In this document: piece after piece, positions 56,555 to 64,000 of the stretch
How the letters are laid out: every line of letters begins with the position of its first letter
How positions within the stretch are numbered: the first letter of the stretch is position 1
NCBI GenBank assembly: GCA_951406725.2
Contig: OX597831.1
Location: forward strand, 29,636,001 to 29,700,000
DNA from: Octopus vulgaris
Taxonomy: Eukaryota
Reading direction: 5' to 3'
DNA: 64,000 nt
The notes under the pieces: model-generated
Database searches by the model: none
What the model was told of the DNA's origin: nothing
The model's input: only the letters and a program-made list of their open reading frames with translations
Made by a program: the position numbers and the translations under genes

Positions 56555-56799
56555 AGATACATACAAACTCACACACACATATATACACACACACACTGAT
56601 AAATATATATTCTTTCACGAAGTAATGAATTGCCACAAATTCTATTTGGCTGATAATTATAACCACACATATGTACTTCTGTATATGTGTGTGTGTGTGT
56701 GTATGTGTGTGTGTGTGTGTGTACATATATACAATACATACTTATATATATATATATTTTATACATATACATATATATATATATATTATTATACACACG

Positions 56800-56920
<121 letters not shown>

Positions 56921-56972
56921 TATATAGATAAGTAGTTAGATAGGCAGATGGATGGATGGATGTTTAGATTAG

Positions 56973-57006
<34 letters not shown>

Positions 57007-57663
57007 TACATACATTTGTACATATTTACATGTTTGTGTATGTTTAATGCATTTATGTTTGTTAATCCTAAATGCGATTATTTCAGAGCGAAAGCAGAAA
57101 AATTTCCTCATAATTAATTCATCAGTTCAAAAGAGTAATCAATTTTAATTATAGAATAACAGAAGAATATCTTATAATTCATTAAATCATATTTTCTATG
57201 GCGTGTTATGTAATTATTCTCGAACTTACGTCGCTAACAAATTCACACCAGCACATGTATGGGAGGTGTATAGATGAGGTGGAGGATGGTTGGGGGGTTA
57301 AATAATTTTTAACGATAGAAAACCCAGTAGAAACATCTATTGACAAGCGGATACACTACAACTGATAGTTTCGCCATCGATCGGTTCTTCGGGTGGTAAT
57401 ATCAACTGGCAGTGTCCGACAAATGAAACAAGTAAAAATTAAACGGTGATGTTTTGATTGAGAATATATACTTGTGTGTGAGTTACGTGGGCCAATAAAA
57501 ATATTGTTCAGTCCTTCTTCTGCCCCCCTCCATTGTCAAACTCAATCAATATGGCGGTCTTGTGACAAATAAAGAATGTAACAGCCACCATGCTGAGAAA
57601 TACATTCAAATCTATGAGGATGGTTTGGAATGGCGAGAGAAATAGTCCTCATGAAGAATATCA

Positions 57664-57694
<31 letters not shown>

Positions 57695-58073
57695 CAGCGT
57701 GTCTTTGTATCTACGTATACATCTTTGTGTGTATGTGTGAGTCTGTCAATGCATCTGTATGTGTGTGTGATTACGTGCATCTCTATGTGGGAGTGTTTCT
57801 GTGTGTTTCTATCAATGTATCTGTCTGTGTGTGTATGTATCTATGTGTCAGTGCGCGTGTCTATGCGTGTGTTTCTTTGCGTGTGTGCGTAAACCCAGTG
57901 GTGTTTAGGAGGTACACTGAACATTAAAACAACCAAAAATGGTTGATTCCAAGAGAAAAGGCTAAAAACGGAATCATTTCCATAAAACCTATCTTTAATT
58001 ATAACTGACATACGAAGGCGAAAAGCGGAACTGAAGCCTCTTGTTGTTGGCTGGTCAACCTGGTACAAATAAA

Positions 58074-58495
58074 CTTTACTCTCTTTTACTCTTTTACTTG
58101 TTTCAGTCATGTGACTGTGACCATACTGGAGCACCGCATTTAGTCGAGCAAATCGACCCCAGGACTTACTCTTTGTAAGCCTAGTATTTATTCTATCGGT
58201 CTCTTTTGCCGAACCGCTAAGTTACGGGGACGTAAACACGGTTGTCAAGCGATGTTGAGGGGACAAACACAGACACACAAACATATACACACACATACAT
58301 ATATATAAACATATATACGACGGGCTTCTTTCAGTTTCCGTCTACCAAATCCTCTCACAAGGCTTTGGTCGGCCCGAGGCAATAGTAGAAGACACTTGCC
58401 CATGGTGCCACGCAGTGGGACTGAATCCGGAACCATGTGGTTCGTAAGCAAGCTACTTACCACACAGCCACTCCTACGCCTATATATATATATAT

Positions 58496-58528
<33 letters not shown>

Positions 58529-58534
58529 AATACA

Positions 58535-58566
<32 letters not shown>

Positions 58567-58722
58567 CGACGGGCTTCTTTCAGTTTCCGTCTACCAAATC
58601 TACTCACAAGGCTTTGGTCGGCTCAAGGCTATAGTAGAAGACACTTACGCAAGGTGCCACGCAATGGGACTGAACCCGGAACCATGTGGTTCGTAAGCAA
58701 GCTAATTACCACACAGCCACTC
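58074..58722 (-). mobile_element. SINE family A plus a tandem second 5' half
   Basis: Full copy at 58074-58480 and a head half at 58565-58722. Both share the GGTTCGTAAGC variant. Confidence 0.88.
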
Positions 58723-59189
58723 TGAAATAACTCCCTACACGCATTGAAAATAAAGGACAGATTAAATAAGGTGGTCCTAGTTACATTACGTCTGTATAAA
58801 AGTAGTACGAGCTAATCACATCTGATAAAACCTCAAGTCTCTTGTACCAGAAGTAACCCAGTTTTTTAAAAAATGACGTCATAAATGACAGTTCTATTGT
58901 GACATGTCGTATGACATCGCGTCTATAATATATCATGTGATATAACACTATTATGACATGTCGTATCAATGAAAGTGACAGACATAACAAAATAACAGTG
59001 TTTACTTCTAGTCTGTGACACATCGACTGAATTAATGTTTGATGTGTTACTTGAAGCAATGCGGTGCTTACTTTCCCTCTGTTTGTGTATGTGTGAGTGC
59101 GTGTATGCTTGCTGTGAATGTGTGTGTGTGTGTGTGTGTTTTCCTTTTTTATCATTATTTAAGCTCTTCCTCTGAGGAAGAAGTTGGTT

Positions 59190-59452
59190 TCTAGCAAAGA
59201 TACAAAGCTACATCGTTAGAATAGAGACAACGAAAACAATGTCCCATTTTAAACTTGAGAGAAGTTTTGCATATTTTTATTGTTCTACTTACAGATTGTA
59301 TTTTTAGTGTGCGAGCTAGTTGGTTGATTTCTTTTTGTGAAAACCCTAGCTTATCTGGACTGTCACACAGGCATTTTCTTACAAAACCAAGTGCACCAAT
59401 TATCATTGGTATAAATGTGAATTTATAATCTGGATATAAAAGCTGGAGATTT
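59190..59452 (-). mobile_element. 3' end of an RLE-type (R4/NeSL-like) non-LTR element
   Basis: LQLLYPDYKFTFIPMIIGALGFV...LKIQSVSRTIKICK. Similar to the end of 12770-13480. Confidence 0.75.
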
Positions 59453-59760
59453 AGGCATGTGCTTTCTGCTATAGCCTCAGGCCGACCAAAGCCTTATCAG
59501 TGGGGTTTGATAGACGTTGTATATATATGGATTTGTGTGTGTGTATCTTTGAGTCAGTATTTGTCCCCTACCAGCGATTGATAACCGGTATTTGGTATGC
59601 TTACCTTCCTAACCGGTTCGACAAAAGTAACGCGATGGAATAAGTGGCTGGCTTTAAAAAAATGATAAGCACTGGTGTCGATTCGTTCGACTAAAATACT
59701 TCAGGGCAGTGCTCCAGCATGGCCGCTATCGAGTGACTGAAAGAAATAAAATATAAAGGC

Positions 59761-59792
<32 letters not shown>

Positions 59793-59849
59793 GGTGTATC
59801 TATGCATGAATGTATATAAATATAAATATGAATATAAGTATGTGTGTAT

Positions 59850-59885
<36 letters not shown>

Positions 59886-60095
59886 GGCAGCGAGCTGGCA
59901 GAAACGTTAGTACGCCGGGCTAAATGCTTAGCGGTATTTCGTGTCTTTACGTTCTGAGTTCAAATTCCGTCGAGGTCGACTTTACCTTTTATCCTTTCGG
60001 GGTTGATAAATTAAGTACCAATTGCGTACTGGGGTCGATCTAATCAACGGGCCCCCTCCCACAAAATTTCGGGCCTTGTACCTAGAGTAGAAAAG
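59886..60095 (+). mobile_element. SINE family B, short-tail form, within (GATA)n; inverted copy at 60852-61057
   Basis: Canonical head and core; tail CCCCCTCCC.CAAAATTTCGGGCCTTGT.CCTAGAGTAGAAAAGA. Confidence 0.9.
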
Positions 60096-61098
60096 ATAGA
60101 TAGATAGATAGATAGATGTGTGTTTGTGTATTTAGGTATTTATGTATGCGGGTATGTATGTGTGTAGGGGTGTTGGTTGTGGTGATGGCTGTTATTTTGC
60201 TTGCAACGGTAGTTTTGGTGATGGTACTAACGTGGTAGTGGTTGTGGTGCTGATGATGGTGGAGGCGGTGATAGTACTGGGGTTGTCATGTGGGGGTGGG
60301 TCTGTCTGCGGCATATTTGGAGCGTCAAAAAAACTTCATCTACTTAACCGGAACTAATTGGGAAGGTAGGGGGTCTTTTAAACGCACGGACACTCACGTG
60401 CACACGTACGTACGTGTGTGTTGTGTATATGTGTACACCCATATTCTTTTATTCTTTTCTTTCAGTCATTAGATTGTGGCCATGCTGGAGCACCGCCTTG
60501 AAGGATTTTAGTCGAACGATTTGACCCAAGTAGTATTTTTCTCTTGAAATCCTAGTACTTATCTTATCGGTTACTTTTGCCGAATAGCTATAATACGGGG
60601 ACGTAAACACACCAAGACCGGTTTCAAGCGGTGGTGAGAGACAAACACAGAAATACACACACTCAGACAGATATATGTGTATATGCATACGATGGACTTC
60701 TTACAGTTTCTATCTACCAAATCCACTCACAATGCTTTGGGTAGCCCGAGGTGCCACGCAGTGGGATTGAACCCGAAACCATGTCGTTGGGAAGCAAGCT
60801 TCTTACCACACAATCACGCTCGTGCATATGTATGTATAAATACATGAATATTCTTTTCTAGTCAAGGCCCGAAATTTTGGGGGAGAGGACCAGTCGATTA
60901 GATCGATCCCAGTATGCAACTGGTGCTTAATTTATTGACCCCAAAAAGATGAAAGGCAAAGTCGACCTCGGTGGAATTTGAACTCGGAACGTAAAGACGG
61001 ACGAAATACTGCTAAGCATTTCGCCCGGCGTGCTAACGTTTCTGCCAGCTTGCCGCCTTATAAATATTGTATATATACATATCTATAAGAGTATGGGT

Positions 61099-61133
<35 letters not shown>

Positions 61134-61381
61134 CATGCATACTTCTGTGTCTGGAGAGAACTACGTGATAACTTGGAAGCTGTACTCGCTGTCACACTAA
61201 ATAGATACTGCATCATTCGGAATGCAATTGATGACGATAGGTGGAACGATACAAATCTGCAAGACCTTATTAACATTTAAAGGATGAGCAACAAAACAAG
61301 ATGCCTTCCTTCACAACCTTGATATCATGCAGGTGGCCAGTCAAAGACTCTAAATTGAAAAGAGAAAAATAACACATACTC

Positions 61382-61418
<37 letters not shown>

Positions 61419-61543
61419 TGTAGTACAGACACAAGAACACACACGTACGCGCATACACATACATGCATACAAGAATACTTATATATACACACAGACTATT
61501 GTACATCACACGTACACATACATATACATATATATATATATAT

Positions 61544-61973
61544 GACGTTGATGTTCGCCTGGGGCTAAATGCAACAGTAACACCCCCACCACCCTGCCCT
61601 GTCCCTAGCCATATTCAGATGGCTTTAGTCCCTTATGTTATGGAGCAGTTACTGTCTATATCTCATTTAGAGAATTATTATTGCTGTCGAACAGATTTTC
61701 GAAATCAGCAAATGTATTTTGCTTGAAAATCTATATATAAATATCCTGCAGAGTGGGTTGTTCGTTGATGATAGGCAATACACCTTGAAACCTAGATCCG
61801 TGTGTGGTTTCCGCTTCATCGGGGAATTATCTCCCTTTGCAGGATAAAGGACACCGTGATGGTGTCAAGCCTATCTGGCGACGTTGATGTTCGCCTGGGG
61901 CTAAATGCAACAGTAACACCCCCACCACCCTGCCCTGTCCCTAGCCATATTCAGATGGCTTTAGTCCCTTATG

Positions 61974-61977
<4 letters not shown>
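61544..61977 (+). repeat. 336-bp unit with exact 98-bp terminal direct repeats between two (TA)n tracts
   Basis: 61544-61641 is identical to 61880-61977 (GACGTTGATG...CCCTTATGTTAT). Confidence 0.95.
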
Positions 61978-62050
<73 letters not shown>

Positions 62051-62063
62051 AATTTGCATATTG

Positions 62064-62500
62064 TGACCCCCTTCGGTCATGAATGATCATGGGATTGCAC
62101 CTAGAAATATACCCTCCAAGGCACAAGTGCGGGCAACGTTGTTTATGGAAGACCAGCAGCCTCTCCTCTCCACACCACCAGTGTTCTTCAAGGGAAAGGC
62201 AAAGGGGCCGATATAGCTTGGCACCAGTGACGTCACAACTCATTTATAACGTGCAAGTGGCTGAGCACTCCACAGACACGTGTACCCTTAACATAATTCT
62301 CGGGGAGATTCAGCGTGACACGGTGTGTGAAATACAGGTACAACAGAAGCAGAAAGAAAGTGTGAAAGTTGTGGTGAAAGAGTACAGCAGGGTTCACCCA
62401 CCCCTCTCGTGCTGGAACCGCAATAAATATTCACAATGCCGGGTCTGGGAATTGAAACCACGATCCTACGACCTAAACACTGGGCCATTGCGCCTCCACA
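62064..62500 (-). mobile_element. Chimeric SINE: family C head/body joined to family D tail
   Basis: 62247-62500 matches family C. 62064-62246 matches 6319-6515. Confidence 0.8.
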
Positions 62501-63142
62501 TTCGCATACATACATACATACATATATATTTTTTTTTATTTTATCTAGTTTCAGCTCACGAGCTGTGGCCATGCAGGGGCACCACCATTTATATATATAT
62601 ATATATATACACATATATACATATGTATATACACATATATACATATATATATACACATATATACATACATAGATACATGCATACAAATACAAATACACAT
62701 ACACGCTCACGCACACACACACAAACACACGCACGCACACACACAAACACATACACAAACACACACATACACCCACACACACACGTAACCCCACGCGCAC
62801 ACACACACACACACACACATACACCCACATGCTGCTTTGATTTAAGTTAAATAAAGGCATCTTTATTCCATTTATTGTTTTAGCGTGATAAACAGAGTGT
62901 TGAAATTAAATTCATAGAAATAACGAAAACCACAACATCAACATCATCATCGACAACAACAACAACAACAACAACAGCAACAACAGCAACAACAACAACA
63001 ATAACAACGGCGATAATAAGAGGCGATTTATGGAAAACCGTCCAAGCGCTCAGTTGGTTGAACTAAAACTGTTATGTGAGGGTGTATATTTATATATAGC
63101 CGTTTAAGTTTAGCCCAAATTTTTATTGATTCGCTGCTATTT

Positions 63143-63342
63143 TTGTTGTTGTTGTTGTTGTTGTTGTTGTTGCTGCTGCTGCCGCTGCTGCTGCTGCTGC
63201 ACTTGTTCTTGTAAGTGGTGGTGGTGGTGGTTGTGGTGGTCGGAATGGTGTTGTTGCCTGCGGTATTATTCAGACAATGTTTCCAACACAAAACAACCGC
63301 CGTTACATCCACCCTCCTCTCCTCGCCCATCCCTATCGCTTT

Positions 63343-63420
<78 letters not shown>
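63143..63420. repeat. Cluster of trinucleotide repeats (GTT, GCT, GGT, ACT)
   Basis: Directly visible. Confidence 0.95.
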
Positions 63421-64000
63421 CAATACTAGAGTCTGTGTTTCATTCGGAAGTGTTTTGTTGATTATCGGCCGAGAGACTGTTGCTGGCACCTCCGGCTGCG
63501 GACTGGGCTTGTGTAACCTTTAATCAGACATTATAAATGTATGTACTATACATACATACAAGCGTGCATGCATGCATATATATATATATATATATATATG
63601 CTACATTATAATTATATACACACACGCACACACACTTGTGTGTGTGTTTATATATATATATATACATATATCAGCGGCGACTCCGTATTTTCAAGCTGAT
63701 TTAATTTCTACCAACCCTGACTTCAAGTATGTAATCGCAGCCAATAACTCGGACTCCTTTTATTGAGCTTGGTCGCAGTTCATTTATTTTCGTTCGGCGT
63801 CTGGCCGTTGTCTTAGAGGCTCCCTGTGTCAAAAAATATCATTCGTAGCGGACGTCCTCTCGACATCGTTCACAGACACCTGACTCGGGCTCAGAAGTTA
63901 CAGCCTCTGTGTGTGTGTGTGTGTGATATATGTTTATTATACTTGTGTGTATGCATTTAGGTATATGTGTTTCTATATGTGTATTATGTATGTATATATG

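Noticed and set aside
61791-61828. Minus-strand CCGATGA-AGCG-GAAAC
   Set aside because: Stem I does not pair. The plus-strand reading is better.

Overview
Repeat-saturated eukaryotic DNA, most likely an octopus genome (inferred from recall of its SINE families and microsatellite load, not from a search). Almost every ORF in the supplied track is a microsatellite translation. The one supportable host-gene feature is a 73-nt first coding exon (27784-27856, +) resembling lipid phosphate phosphatase (PLPP/wunen) exon 1. It lies in a ~7 kb SINE-free zone, and I found no second exon. Mobile DNA includes a near full-length decayed Penelope-like element (RT with YRDD plus C-terminal GIY-YIG, minus strand, between TA-type microsatellites), RTE, CR1/L2-like and R4/NeSL-type LINE fragments, a Tigger remnant, a short Helitron, and dozens of copies of four or five tRNA-headed SINE families. 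A 5.7-5.8 kb near-identical duplication flanks a 100-N gap and is probably an assembly artefact. The most interesting signal is a set of short non-coding islands inside (TA)n/(CA)n tracts. Several carry type I hammerhead-ribozyme motifs, some with long stem II inserts. Several are fold-back inverted repeats, and several share a subterminal ACCAGTGG motif with a conserved long-range pairing. One is a 336-bp unit with 98-bp terminal direct repeats. Together they suggest a microsatellite-targeted system of ribozyme-bearing non-autonomous Penelope derivatives or retrozymes. All structures were paired by eye, and most repeat boundaries are approximate.
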